Below, piece after piece: positions 51,758 through 62,089 of a stretch of 64,000 nt of DNA (its first letter is position 1; each line of letters begins with the position of its first letter). A program made the position numbers and the translations under genes. Origin of the DNA: Terriglobia bacterium (GTDB lineage Bacteria; Acidobacteriota; Terriglobia; JAJPHL01; JAPKYU01); contig CBDCVK010000010.1 of NCBI GenBank assembly GCA_965223005.1, positions 1,024,001 through 1,088,000 of the forward strand, given 5' to 3'. Below the pieces are notes generated by a model. It ran no database searches and was not told the DNA's origin. It saw only the letters and a list, made by a program, of their open reading frames with translations.

Positions 51758-52495
51758 ATGCTGCTGAACTTGGAGACAGATGCATTGCTCGTCGTAGACG
51801 TGCAGCCTACTTTCATGCCCGGTGGCGGCTTGCCTGTGGCGGAGGGCGATCAGGTCGTGCCAGTGGTGCGGAAACTGATGCAGCGCTTCCCGACGGCGAG
51901 CCGCTTCGCCACCAAGGAACAGCACCCTCGGGGGCATATTTCTCTGGCCAGCTCCTATGTCGGCTCTGCCCCAATGGCGCTGCTGACGGGGGCCACGGTC
52001 GCCACCTGGACCGACGCTCGGCATTGCCTTGCCCCGAACGCCCAGTTCACGCTCGCCGATTTGAAACAATACCTCAGCCAGGTGCAGGTGCAGATGCTTT
52101 GGCCCGATCATGCCCTTGCCGGCACGGCGGAAGCGGAACTGCACCCGGCGCTTTCGGAATCGGAATTCGCCTTTGTCCAGGTGAAGGGTATGGACCCGAA
52201 GTGCGACTCCTACAGCGGCTTTTTCGACAACCTCCGGCGTCCCAAGAGCCTGGCCGACCAGCTCCGGCAGAGCGGCATCCGACGTTGCTTCTTCGTGGGG
52301 TTGGCGTTCGACTACTGCGTGGGCTGGTCGGCTGAAGGGGCGGTATCCGAGGGCTTTGAAGCGGTGGTCGTTGAGGATGCGACGCGAGCGGTCAGGTTTC
52401 CCACCGGAAGCGTCGACAAGATGCGCGCCTCCTTCCGCGAGAAAAACATTGCCGTGGTGCGCTCGGCCGACCTCAAGATGTCCACCGTGGGCTAA
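51758..52495 (+). CDS. pncA: Nicotinamidase / isochorismatase family
   Basis: LLVVDVQ..F.PGG.L.V, HP.GH.S, WPDH, KG...DSYSGF, GLAFDYCV. Confidence 0.85.
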   Translation: MLLNLETDALLVVDVQPTFMPGGGLPVAEGDQVVPVVRKLMQRFPTASRFATKEQHPRGHISLASSYVGSAPMALLTGATVATWTDARHCLAPNAQFTLADLKQYLSQVQVQMLWPDHALAGTAEAELHPALSESEFAFVQVKGMDPKCDSYSGFFDNLRRPKSLADQLRQSGIRRCFFVGLAFDYCVGWSAEGAVSEGFEAVVVEDATRAVRFPTGSVDKMRASFREKNIAVVRSADLKMSTVG

Positions 52496-52519
52496 CTTTA
52501 CCTTTGCCCGGAGGGCGCG

Positions 52520-54673
52520 ATGAAGGCAAGAAGAGTCTTTCTATTTTTCAGTTTACTTCTCGTCAATAGCGAAGCAGGAATTTCCGGTCAAGCTGGTTCA
52601 GGCCCACACCTGGGACAGTCTATCTCCGTAGATGTCGCGAAGAATCTGGACCGGTTGATCGCCGAAGAGGACACAGATGGCGACAAGAAAATTACAGTTG
52701 AAGATACTTATGTAAAAGAAGAGGAACGTGGAGATAAGCGTTTTTGGCTCTTGTCGACAACCGAGAAATGCTACGAAGTGATCGGAACATATTATTTGTC
52801 CAACTTGCTCCAGGAACTGAAGCTGGCCCAGGAGGCTGGATCTCAGCACGCACAAATTGAGTTTCAGAAACTCTTTGAGAGTCCTGTCCGGCGAGTTTCC
52901 CGCTCCATTCGTGAACTTTACTGGGATGGCCTGACGAGGCGCGTCGATGAGAAGAACCTTGAGCAGGCCTTAAGGGACGAGAAAGTTACAGGTAGCGGGT
53001 TGCACTACCTATATGTGCCTGCTGGGGATCCGGAGGCCTATGAGTACTTTTCGAAGGTGGCCGAGCAGCAACCAGACCGTCGGCTGCGGGTGGAGCGCCT
53101 GCCGAGGCGGATCACACCACAATACGTCAGACAAAATCTTGAAGGCAGACATGGGCTTTTGTGCCTGGCGCTGGAAAGGACATCAAAAGGTGAGCACCGC
53201 GGAGTTCCGTTTGTGGTGCCGGGAGGGCGTTTTAATGAAATGTACGGCTGGGATAGCTACTTTGAAGCGCTAGGTTTGCTGGAAGATGGCCGCGTCGATC
53301 TAGCGAAAGCCATGGTGGACAATTTCGTTTACCAGATTACTCATTATGGCAAGATCCTGAATGCCAACCGCACCTATTACCTCACGCGTTCCCAGCCTCC
53401 TTTTCTTACCTCGATGGCGTTAGCGGTCTACGATCGCCTGCCAAAGAGGACCGAAACCAAGACCTGGCTCAAGAACGTTCTTCGAGCGGCAATCAAGGAC
53501 TACTACACGGTGTGGATGAGCAAACCACGATTAACCGAGACTGGGCTCAGCCGTTACTACGGGAGTGGCCTCGGACCACCTCCGGAAGTCGAAGAGGACC
53601 ACTTTGATGCGATCTACAAACCACATGCAGATCAACGCAAGTTGGACGTGCGAGCATTCGAGAAGAAGTATAACGCCGGTGAAATCAGAGTCCCGGAACT
53701 GGACGAGTTCTTTGTTCACGACCGATGCGTCAGGGAATCGGGACACGACACAACCTACCGCTGGAGTTGGGACGGAGATCGCTGTGCTGATTTTGTCACA
53801 ATCGACCTCAATTCGCTCCTCTATAAGATTGAGGTAGATATAGCAAACACGATAGAAAAGGAGTTCGGTGGGACGCTGAGGCGAGCCGACGGTTCTGTCG
53901 AGACCAGTTCGATTTGGGGTAGACGAGCAGCAAAACGTAAGGTTCTCATCAACAAGTACCTCTGGAATAATGAGCGAGGCATGTTTTTCGACTATGACTT
54001 CAGAAATAAGAAAAAGCAGCATCTCTTTGTGAACGCCACCACGTTGTATCCTCTCTGGGCCGGCTTGGCATCTCCGGACCAGGCGAAAAAGGTTGTGGAA
54101 AACGCCTTGCCGATGCTGGAACAGGCGGGGGGCATCGTAGGTTCAACCAAGGAATCGCGCGGTCCACTCTCGGAGTCTCGACCGGCGCGCCAATGGGACT
54201 ATCCCAACGGATGGGCACCACATCAGATGTTGGCCTGGCGTGCGTTGTTAAATTACGGCTTTAATCAAACTGCGCAACGTGTAATTTACCGCTGGTTATA
54301 CACAATTACCAGAAATGCGGCAGATTATAACGGGACAGTTCCAGAGAAACTGGATGTGATCACAAGATCGCATAAGGTCTTTGCGGAGTATGGCAACGTG
54401 GGAGTGGAGTTTGCCTATATTACGAAGGAAGGCTTCGGCTGGATGAACGCATCCTACCAAGTGGGACTTAGACTTCTCTCGGCGGATCTACGGATGCATC
54501 TGGAGCGGCTTGTTCCTCCTGAGTGGCTCTTGCCTTTCTTCAATATTCCCACAAGCTCTCAGGGCATCTCCCACCCGGCATATCCCCACCACCGTTTGCC
54601 GGGCAGCTTTTTCGGAATAAGTGGCTTTAGAAACTCAATCGACTTTTCAAGTCCCTCTTTGACATCAAAATAA
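52520..54673 (+). CDS. Trehalase (GH37, neutral-trehalase type with Ca-binding motif)
   Basis: DTDGDKKITVED, VPGGRFNEMYGWDSYF, NANRTYYLTRSQPP, RESGHD, QWDYPNGWAPHQ, EGFGWMN. Confidence 0.92.
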   Translation: MKARRVFLFFSLLLVNSEAGISGQAGSGPHLGQSISVDVAKNLDRLIAEEDTDGDKKITVEDTYVKEEERGDKRFWLLSTTEKCYEVIGTYYLSNLLQELKLAQEAGSQHAQIEFQKLFESPVRRVSRSIRELYWDGLTRRVDEKNLEQALRDEKVTGSGLHYLYVPAGDPEAYEYFSKVAEQQPDRRLRVERLPRRITPQYVRQNLEGRHGLLCLALERTSKGEHRGVPFVVPGGRFNEMYGWDSYFEALGLLEDGRVDLAKAMVDNFVYQITHYGKILNANRTYYLTRSQPPFLTSMALAVYDRLPKRTETKTWLKNVLRAAIKDYYTVWMSKPRLTETGLSRYYGSGLGPPPEVEEDHFDAIYKPHADQRKLDVRAFEKKYNAGEIRVPELDEFFVHDRCVRESGHDTTYRWSWDGDRCADFVTIDLNSLLYKIEVDIANTIEKEFGGTLRRADGSVETSSIWGRRAAKRKVLINKYLWNNERGMFFDYDFRNKKKQHLFVNATTLYPLWAGLASPDQAKKVVENALPMLEQAGGIVGSTKESRGPLSESRPARQWDYPNGWAPHQMLAWRALLNYGFNQTAQRVIYRWLYTITRNAADYNGTVPEKLDVITRSHKVFAEYGNVGVEFAYITKEGFGWMNASYQVGLRLLSADLRMHLERLVPPEWLLPFFNIPTSSQGISHPAYPHHRLPGSFFGISGFRNSIDFSSPSLTSK

Positions 54674-55542
54674 TCGCACTCCATCTCGATCGAGAGGGCC
54701 CCTTCGTAGCCGACGAACTGCAAAGCCGATAGGAAGTCGCGCCAGAACAGCTGGTCGTGGCCCCACCCGACCAGCGCGAACACCCAGGAACGCCCACCAG
54801 GTGTCATATGGGACGCGGGGTCAAGGAGGCCTTGTACTGCCATTCGGCCACGATCAAAGCGAATATCTTTGACGTGAACGTGAAGGATTGCATCGGACAA
54901 GAACTTGACCACCTCGATCAAGTCCATGCCCTGCACAAACAGGTGCGACGGATCCAAGTTGCAACCGATCACCGGTCCAACCGCCTCGCGCAGCCTCATC
55001 AGCGTCTGCGGGGAGTAGACGAGATCACAGAGCTGGGGCTCGACCGCCACCTTGCAGCCGTGGTCCTCAGCAATCTTTCCGTGTTCACGCCAATAGGGGA
55101 TCAGGCGCTGTTCCCACTGCCAACGCGTAATGTCGTGGCTGAAGGTCTTGGTAGAGTCGGCGACCCAATAAGGGGTCGTCTCCCCGGGACCAGCCTCTGG
55201 AAGACCGGACAATACCACCAACCGGTCGACACCAGCCGCTTCCGCCAGTCGGCAAATCTCACGGAACCCCCGGGAGTACGCCTCCGCCACCTTCTTGTTG
55301 GGCGACAAGGGCTCACCATGCGCACAGAACGCGCTTATTTCCAGCCCGTGCTGTTTGAGCTTATCCAGCCATCGGTTCAGCTCGCCTTTGTCCTTGAGAA
55401 GCTTTTCGGTGTCGCAAAACTTGCGTGCGGGCTCTTCCAAAACCCCAACCTCAATCGTCTGCACGCCACGCTTCTGGAGGAAATCCAGCGCCTCCTCGAA
55501 CTCAAAGCACAAAAGAAAAAAGGTATTGACGCCAAGTTTCAT
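54559..55542 (-). CDS. Sugar phosphate isomerase/epimerase (xylose-isomerase-like TIM barrel)
   Basis: NLDPSHL, HVHVKD, VGWGH, LSIEME; ATG 55542 after GGAGG. Confidence 0.88.
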   Translation of the reverse strand: MKLGVNTFFLLCFEFEEALDFLQKRGVQTIEVGVLEEPARKFCDTEKLLKDKGELNRWLDKLKQHGLEISAFCAHGEPLSPNKKVAEAYSRGFREICRLAEAAGVDRLVVLSGLPEAGPGETTPYWVADSTKTFSHDITRWQWEQRLIPYWREHGKIAEDHGCKVAVEPQLCDLVYSPQTLMRLREAVGPVIGCNLDPSHLFVQGMDLIEVVKFLSDAILHVHVKDIRFDRGRMAVQGLLDPASHMTPGGRSWVFALVGWGHDQLFWRDFLSALQFVGYEGALSIEMECDYFDVKEGLEKSIEFLKPLIPKKLPGKRWWGYAGWEMP

Positions 55543-55565
55543 ACGAACTTCCCTCCGAAAGGGTC

Positions 55566-55614
55566 GCCAGGCTGATGGGCCGGGTTGATGGCCAGGTTGA
55601 TGGCCAGGTTGATG
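55566..55614. repeat. Four ~12-bp tandem units (gccaggttgatg)
   Basis: Seen directly between the two TIM-barrel genes. Confidence 0.88.
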
Positions 55615-55646
55615 GGTGGTGGCACCCTTTGCCGCTTCTTCATTTC

Positions 55647-56534
55647 TCACCCGATGCCGATTTCGCGCAGGTAAGCACGTGTCCGCTTGGCGATGGGTAG
55701 CGGTTTATCGAACGCCGTCGGATACATGTCCTGTTCCACAATCGCCCAGCCGTCGTAAGCAATCTCCTGCAGTGCATCGCGATAAGCGACAAAATCTACC
55801 ATCCCTTGGGCCGGTTCGCAAAAGATGCCCATTTCGGTGGCCTTGTTCAAGGGTATGCGTTCTGCCGCCACTTTCGCGCGGATCTGGGGGTCAATGTTCT
55901 TCAGGTGCATGTACCGGATCCTAGCGTGATGTTTCCTCAGAAAAGCAACAGGGTCTCCCCCGCCATAGGCATGGTGACCAGGGTCCAAGCAAAGGGAAAC
56001 GCGCTGCGGGTCAGTCTGTTCCAAAAGGGCTTCGATCTGGTGCTCATGCTGGACATGGGTCTCGACATGGGGATGAAAAACGAGGTCCAGCCCAAAGCGC
56101 TCGTGGACCAGATCGGCCAGTGTCTGTGTCGTATGGATCAACCTCTTCCATCCGTCTTCGTCAAGACGGCTCGGGCCCGTCGGCTTGCCGGTGTGCAGAT
56201 CGATGTAGACGTCGTCGAGGAGCATCACATATTTTCCGTCCACACCCGCCATCATTGCACCCACTTTGAGCGCCTCTTCTTTTATGACTGGCCACAACGC
56301 CGGATCTTCCAGCGGTAGCATCACGTCGCATGCGACTGCCTTCAGATTTCGCCGTTCCAGTTCCGGGCGAAGAATCTTCGGATCCGTGGGCAGATAGCCG
56401 TACGGGGCAAGTTCGATCCACTCATAATCTGCCTGGATGAGTTCATCCAGAAATCGCTGCCAAGGGATTTGTTTAGGATCGCTGGCAAAGTTAACGCCCC
56501 ACGAGCAGGGTGATGAGCCGATTCTGACTTTCAT
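55647..56534 (-). CDS. IolE-like (inosose dehydratase family) TIM barrel
   Basis: P.SWG, ELAPYGYLP, FHPHVETHV, LCLD.GH, HLK, W.IVEQD. Confidence 0.85.
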   Translation of the reverse strand: MKVRIGSSPCSWGVNFASDPKQIPWQRFLDELIQADYEWIELAPYGYLPTDPKILRPELERRNLKAVACDVMLPLEDPALWPVIKEEALKVGAMMAGVDGKYVMLLDDVYIDLHTGKPTGPSRLDEDGWKRLIHTTQTLADLVHERFGLDLVFHPHVETHVQHEHQIEALLEQTDPQRVSLCLDPGHHAYGGGDPVAFLRKHHARIRYMHLKNIDPQIRAKVAAERIPLNKATEMGIFCEPAQGMVDFVAYRDALQEIAYDGWAIVEQDMYPTAFDKPLPIAKRTRAYLREIGIG

Positions 56535-56623
56535 GATGTTAATTGCGTCGCGCCGACCGGCCTCCTACCATGAGGAGGGTGCTGTCACCCGTTAAGGCGA
56601 ACCGAGTTCGTCGTGCCCCTACA

Positions 56624-57409
56624 TCACGTCGTGTGCTTGGCCTGGCTGGCTCTTTTCCAGGTGGCGGCGAGTGGTTCGATTTCGCTTCCCACGATCACCC
56701 AGGACGCGCCTTGCTTGATGGCGTCCGGCACGCCGTCAGGCGAGGAGACCAGAGCGCCATAATGGACACCTCGTTGGCGACAGACCTTGCGAACGTGCTC
56801 AACCAACTCCCGGAATCGCTCATGGTGGGTCTGCCCAGGAATCCCCAAATCAAGCGACAGGTCGGTTGGCCCGATCATCACACCATCGACGTCGCCCCCA
56901 TCGACGTCGCCCAAAGATACGAGTTCATCCAATCTGCGGATGGCCACCTCCGACTCGACCTTCAGAATCAGAGAGATTTGCTTATCGTAGTCGGCGACCT
57001 CCTCGGCAATGGGCCGAGCCGCGTATAGATTGTGACCGGCCGTACCACACCGGCCCCGCTTGCCTTTGGGAGGATGGCGCACCGCAGCGATCGCCCGTGC
57101 CACGTCGTCGGTCGTTTCGACGTGAGGGAGCACGATGCCGGACGCGCCGGAATCCAAGGCATGATCGATTGCGTGGTAGCTGATGTCCTTTGTGGTGACC
57201 AGCGGCGCCATGCCGGTGAGCCGCGCGACCTGCGCGAGGTCGTGAATGGTTTCCGGATTATGGGGGCGGTGCTCCACGTCAAGCATGACAAAATCAAGAC
57301 CGGCGGCGGCGGCGATCTCGATCGTTGCAATGTCGGTGCTGTACAAGATCATGGTGCCGACGGCCACGCCACCAGCCTGCCATATCTTTTTGAGAGGATT
57401 CACGTCCAT
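56624..57409 (-). CDS. HpcH/HpaI aldolase family protein
   Basis: DFVMLDVEH, ALDSGASGIVLPHV, PPKGKRG, MIGPTDLS. Confidence 0.9.
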   Translation of the reverse strand: MDVNPLKKIWQAGGVAVGTMILYSTDIATIEIAAAAGLDFVMLDVEHRPHNPETIHDLAQVARLTGMAPLVTTKDISYHAIDHALDSGASGIVLPHVETTDDVARAIAAVRHPPKGKRGRCGTAGHNLYAARPIAEEVADYDKQISLILKVESEVAIRRLDELVSLGDVDGGDVDGVMIGPTDLSLDLGIPGQTHHERFRELVEHVRKVCRQRGVHYGALVSSPDGVPDAIKQGASWVIVGSEIEPLAATWKRASQAKHTT

Positions 57410-57631
57410 TTGGTCAACCAGCCTATTCGCAGTTCAATTTACCCGTTATCGCCTCGACTCGTACGACCAAAACATCGACGATCTCGGGGCAAACGCATCT
57501 TAGGCTCCTCTCAGCCGCCCGTCAAGCAGCTCTTCGTCGGATCGCCGGCCGATGGAAACCCAAATTCATGCTGGTTCCTGCGCCAGGGCATATAATATAG
57601 GCTGGAAGTTAGCATCGCCCCAGGAGAGTAA

Positions 57632-58345
57632 ATGATGAGTGTGCAACTTGAGTTCGTCGGCCACGCTTGCTTCCGGCTGTGGGAAAATGGCCGTCCCGTC
57701 CTTGTCACCGATCCGCTCCGCTACGAACAGTTGGGTTTGTCCGATCCGGGAACGCGGTTCGAAGCCGACACCGTGATTGCCAGTTCATTGACGGACGAGG
57801 CGCATTCTAACATCGGGCTCGTGAAAGGCAGTCCCCGCGTGATTAACGCGCTCGATGTGGCCCAGGGCAAGACCAAGGCGAAGATCAGCGGGCAACCGGT
57901 TCTCACGGCTCAGGCCCGCGAAGATCCCAAGCACCCCGAACACGAGCCCATGGACAACGCCCTGTACGCGTTCAAGTTTGGCGACCTGTGGTTTGTCCAC
58001 ATGGGCGACGTCGGTCCCCACCAACTGCCGCACGACCAGCTGGCGCCTTTCACGGGGCACTGCGATGTCCTTTTCGCGCTCACGGGCGAGCAACTCACGC
58101 CGAAACACGAAGAGCTGGACTCCTGGATCGATCTCCTCAAACCGAAGTGGCTCGTGCCGATGCACTACAACATCCCGCCGGTGTCGTTCGAGATGTCCAA
58201 GATCGACGACTTCATCGAGCACCGAGCCGATGATCCTGTTTTCTTCGTGCGCCACCACACGGTCGAGTTGCCACTGCCGACACCGAAGGAGGGCCGACCC
58301 ACGATCGTCGTGCTCGACCCCTCGGCGTACCAGCGGTCGGGGTAA
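57632..58345 (+). CDS. MBL-fold metallo-hydrolase-like protein
   Basis: GHACF, VTDP, HMGD, PMHY; HxHxDH motif degenerate (SSLTDEAH). Confidence 0.75.
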   Translation: MMSVQLEFVGHACFRLWENGRPVLVTDPLRYEQLGLSDPGTRFEADTVIASSLTDEAHSNIGLVKGSPRVINALDVAQGKTKAKISGQPVLTAQAREDPKHPEHEPMDNALYAFKFGDLWFVHMGDVGPHQLPHDQLAPFTGHCDVLFALTGEQLTPKHEELDSWIDLLKPKWLVPMHYNIPPVSFEMSKIDDFIEHRADDPVFFVRHHTVELPLPTPKEGRPTIVVLDPSAYQRSG

Positions 58346-58625
58346 AGGAACCGGTGGATCGACCGAAGGTCTCCGCGTCATCATCATGGTGACGAGAATG
58401 GCCTGTCTGCCCGTGGTTGTTTGCTTCTGTGGTCGCACTGGCGTCCGGTTGAGGCAAAGGGCTGGCATTGATTCGTAGAGGGATTGTCCCCGAGCATCCA
58501 GAGGCGGTTCCTTCCCGGGTTCGAGCTTCGGGCCTCCCGGCCAGGAGCATAGGTAAATTTTCAACTCTTCAAGTCTTCAAGTCTACAATTACGTCCTGGT
58601 ATAAAAGATTGCTGGAGGGAGCTTT

Positions 58626-60161
58626 ATGACGATTGCATTCGCCCGTCGTGCGGCAACTTGCCTGCTCGCGGCTTTTCTTTTGGCGGGGACAGCACGCGCC
58701 GGGGAGCCCGACTCGGAGGCTCAAACATTTCCCTACAATGACGTGCGGAGGAAGCTGGAAGAACATCAGGTCCGTATCCGGGAACTGGAACGCCTGCTGA
58801 AGGAACAAGAACGTCTGCTGCGAGCCCTGCAACAACAATTGGCCGAGCAGCGAACCCACTCGGCGTCGGGGCCGCGCTCGGCCTCGGCCTCAGAACCACT
58901 CGGGCACGGCGTAACCGCCCAGGAAGAGGTGAACCGCACATCCGGGGAGGTGAATGCCCCGGCTAAGTCGCTCGCGCCAGTACGGTCCGACGTGCAAAAG
59001 CCTGCGGAAGCTCAACACGAGCAAGAGAAGGCATCGCCGCTCACCGCTGGATGGACCGGCAGCCACCCCTACATCCGCAGTGCCGACGGTGATTTCACCA
59101 TGCAGTTTGGAGGCCGCATGCAGTTTGATTGGCGCAGCCACACTGGAGAGGTCACCCCGGCAGGGACGTTCTTAATCCGCCGAGCGCGGCTGGAGGCGGA
59201 GGGGCAATTGTTTAAACACTATGAGTACAAGGTGCAGGCCGACTTCGCAGAGGTCGGCACCACGCTGCTGCGCGATGGGTTCCTGAACATCAACTACATC
59301 AAGCCTTTCCAGGTCAAGTTTGGGCAGTTCAAGGCCCCCTTCAGCCAGGAGCAATCGCAATCGTCGAAATACATGGATTTTGTCGAGCGCTCCAGCGTCA
59401 ACAACCTGGCGCCGGGTCGCAGTCAAGGTCTGATGATCCACGGGGAAGTGACCGATGGTGTTTTCCAGTACGACCTCGGTGCCTTCAACGGGCGCGGCGT
59501 GCTGTTGAGGGCGACGGCCACGACGCCCGAGACGTTCTTGCGCTTGCGCTTCACCCCCTTCAAGAAGGGGGGGGGGCCAATCCCGAAGAACTTCAGTTTT
59601 GGCGGTGCCGTGTCGCAAGGGCGCAACCGGGGCGGACTTAACTTCGGCGGACGCACAGCCAGCCGCAGCATCACCTTCTTCGACCGAGTGCCGGTGAACG
59701 GCAAGGTCCAGCGCGCTAACGGGGAATTCTGGTGGAATCATCGCAACTTCTCCTTGCGGGGCGAGTACGTCCAGACAAACCAGTTCCGGGAAGGGCTCGA
59801 CGCCGGCAGCGGAAACCTGCCTGGTGTGGTTGGTAAGGGGTATCTGCTGCAGGCGAGTTATCTACTGACCGGTGAGGAAAAAGGGCGGCGAGGAATCGGC
59901 CCCCGGTCGGCCTTTCTGGGAGACAAAGGCGGTCTCGGCGCCTGGGAACTGGCCTTCCGCTATGAGAACCTGCAAATGCACGATGCGTTCAATCCCAACC
60001 GACACGAGGCCTACACCTTCGGCCTCAACTGGTGGCTGACCAAATTTGTGCGCTACCAGTCGAATTTCATTCTGGAGCGGTTCAAGGACCCCAGCCGGGC
60101 GCCGACCCCTGGCAAGCGGGACCACTTCAGCTTTCTGAGCCGGATGCAGGTGATCTTCTAG
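58626..60161 (+). CDS. OprO/OprP-family outer-membrane porin
   Basis: Signal peptide, coiled coil, GRMQFD, IRRARL, GQFKAPFSQE, GAWELAFRY, GLNWW, terminal F. Confidence 0.87.
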   Translation: MTIAFARRAATCLLAAFLLAGTARAGEPDSEAQTFPYNDVRRKLEEHQVRIRELERLLKEQERLLRALQQQLAEQRTHSASGPRSASASEPLGHGVTAQEEVNRTSGEVNAPAKSLAPVRSDVQKPAEAQHEQEKASPLTAGWTGSHPYIRSADGDFTMQFGGRMQFDWRSHTGEVTPAGTFLIRRARLEAEGQLFKHYEYKVQADFAEVGTTLLRDGFLNINYIKPFQVKFGQFKAPFSQEQSQSSKYMDFVERSSVNNLAPGRSQGLMIHGEVTDGVFQYDLGAFNGRGVLLRATATTPETFLRLRFTPFKKGGGPIPKNFSFGGAVSQGRNRGGLNFGGRTASRSITFFDRVPVNGKVQRANGEFWWNHRNFSLRGEYVQTNQFREGLDAGSGNLPGVVGKGYLLQASYLLTGEEKGRRGIGPRSAFLGDKGGLGAWELAFRYENLQMHDAFNPNRHEAYTFGLNWWLTKFVRYQSNFILERFKDPSRAPTPGKRDHFSFLSRMQVIF

Positions 60162-60269
60162 GCGTCTAAGCTTTCCTAGCCCGTACCTGAAGACAAGCCA
60201 CCGCGCGCTGGCTTGTGGAGAGGGGTGTTTGCGTTGGTCAAGAGGGCTTTGGCAATTCAGCAAAGCAAT

Positions 60270-61910
60270 CTAGGCCGACAACCTCTTGGTTCGGGAAAGA
60301 TACTTTTCAGCCCTTTCAATAGCTCGTTTCTCGGCCTCTTCTTTGGTGGAACCATCAGTCCGCGTTAAACATGCTCCTGGGTCCACATTGTCGGCCTTGC
60401 AATAGTACCTGTCTCCTAGCTTGTAAGAGGTAAGCCTTGCTGGCCAGCCTGCCAATTCGAGAGTCCTTTCGGAATATTCGGTAGGTCTCATGAGCTTGCT
60501 CGCTTGGGCTGTCTCACCTCCTAGGATCTCGAACCCTGATTTCTCCCATGCAGTAATCCCGCCAAGCAGGTCACACACATCCTTGATCCCAAACTGTCGA
60601 AGCAAGCTCGCAGCCATGGAGGAACGGTAGCCTCCTGCACAGTGGACAACCAGATTCTTGTCACGGGGCAGCTCCCCGATTCGTTCTCTCAGACGGGTCA
60701 AAGGAATGTGAAAGCTCCCTTCGATCCGCTTTTCCTGTCTCTCCTTGTCGTTGCGAACGTCCACAACCAGAGGCGGAGTCTCACAGGCCAGTTGTTCGGC
60801 GAGTGTCGTTGCCGTCAACCGGGTGACACGTTGAACGAGTTCGGGATACGAGCGAGCGGCCTCCATGCCGCCCTTCAGATAGCCAGCCAAGTGGTCGAAG
60901 CCGATGCGGCCGAGGCGCATCGCTGCCTCCTTTTCGGATCCGGGCGAAGCAATGATCATGATTGCCTTTTGCATATCGAGCAACGTGCCGGCCCAGCTCG
61001 CAAACTGCCCGGCCAAGCCGATGTTTATGCTGCCGGCAAGGTGGCCGCCTGAGAATTCTGTCGGATCGCGCACATCTACAATTTGTGCTCCGGAGTTGGC
61101 CATTTCGAGGAATTGGGGCAACTTGATCGGTCTCAAATGCTGTTCTAGACTCTCCTCCAGAGTTGGCCGCTCTTTCGCGTTGAGGATCGCGTCATAAGTG
61201 AAGTAGGACGGAGCGTCAGGCTGTTCAGCGGTGACCAGTTGTACGAACTCCTTCTTACTCATGGGTTGTAGCGCGTAGTTGTACTGGCGCTGGGCGCCAA
61301 TCGTGGATACGGTTTCGGTGCTCAATTGCCTTCCACATAAAGATCCCGCCCCGTGCGCCGGATAAACCAGTGTTTCATCCGGCAGTTTCATCAGTTTCTG
61401 GTGCAGCGAATCGTAGAGCAGGCCAGCGAGCTGTTGTGCCGAAAACCCAATGGACGCCCTCAAATCCGGGCGACCCACATCGCCGATAAAGAGTGTGTCA
61501 CCGGTGAGGACCGAGTACGGTTTCTGAGAGTCTGAGGCCAGATCGTAAACAACTATCGAGATAGATTCTGGTGAGTGACCGGGTGTCTCGAGGATACTCA
61601 GCCTTAGCGTTCCAAATTCCAAACTGTCGCCATCTTTGAAACCGATGAACTCGTATTCGGCCTTCGCTTGGGTTCCCAGGCAGATTTTGGCTCCGGCACG
61701 TTCCCTCAGCTCCACATGCCCCGCGAGGAAGTCGGCGTGCAGATGGGTAAGGATAACGTGACTGATCTTCAGCTGTTGCTCCGCGGCCTCTGCCAGATAT
61801 TGGTCAATATCACGCTGAGGATCAACGATGACCGCCGTCCGGCTCCCCTCATCGCCTACTAAATAAGAAGCATGGGCGAGACAGCCGAGATAATACTGCT
61901 TGAGGATCAT
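60270..61910 (-). CDS. Persulfide dioxygenase-like MBL domain fused to two rhodanese domains plus an extra C-terminal domain
   Basis: CLAHASY, VDPQRD, THLHADF, TPGH, GDTLFIGDVGRPDL, PAHGAGS.CG; rhodanese HCAGGYRS. Confidence 0.92.
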   Translation of the reverse strand: MILKQYYLGCLAHASYLVGDEGSRTAVIVDPQRDIDQYLAEAAEQQLKISHVILTHLHADFLAGHVELRERAGAKICLGTQAKAEYEFIGFKDGDSLEFGTLRLSILETPGHSPESISIVVYDLASDSQKPYSVLTGDTLFIGDVGRPDLRASIGFSAQQLAGLLYDSLHQKLMKLPDETLVYPAHGAGSLCGRQLSTETVSTIGAQRQYNYALQPMSKKEFVQLVTAEQPDAPSYFTYDAILNAKERPTLEESLEQHLRPIKLPQFLEMANSGAQIVDVRDPTEFSGGHLAGSINIGLAGQFASWAGTLLDMQKAIMIIASPGSEKEAAMRLGRIGFDHLAGYLKGGMEAARSYPELVQRVTRLTATTLAEQLACETPPLVVDVRNDKERQEKRIEGSFHIPLTRLRERIGELPRDKNLVVHCAGGYRSSMAASLLRQFGIKDVCDLLGGITAWEKSGFEILGGETAQASKLMRPTEYSERTLELAGWPARLTSYKLGDRYYCKADNVDPGACLTRTDGSTKEEAEKRAIERAEKYLSRTKRLSA

Positions 61911-62089
61911 GACCTCTCCTTCCGATTAGAAGGGGAATTTCCGATTTCGGCCTACTGCGTGCACGATAAGACACCCACAGCCAGCCGACGCATGACCACG
62001 AAGCACGCCGGGTTAGGGTAACCTCCTCGGGAACTCAGACGAGTGGAATCGGCTCTCAAGGTCGAGCAGTCGCGGCGCCAAAACTTAAG

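Noticed and set aside
58346-58625. Riboswitch or Pho box upstream of the porin
   Set aside because: No riboswitch consensus recognised; the tcttcaag repeats have 8-nt rather than 11-nt spacing.
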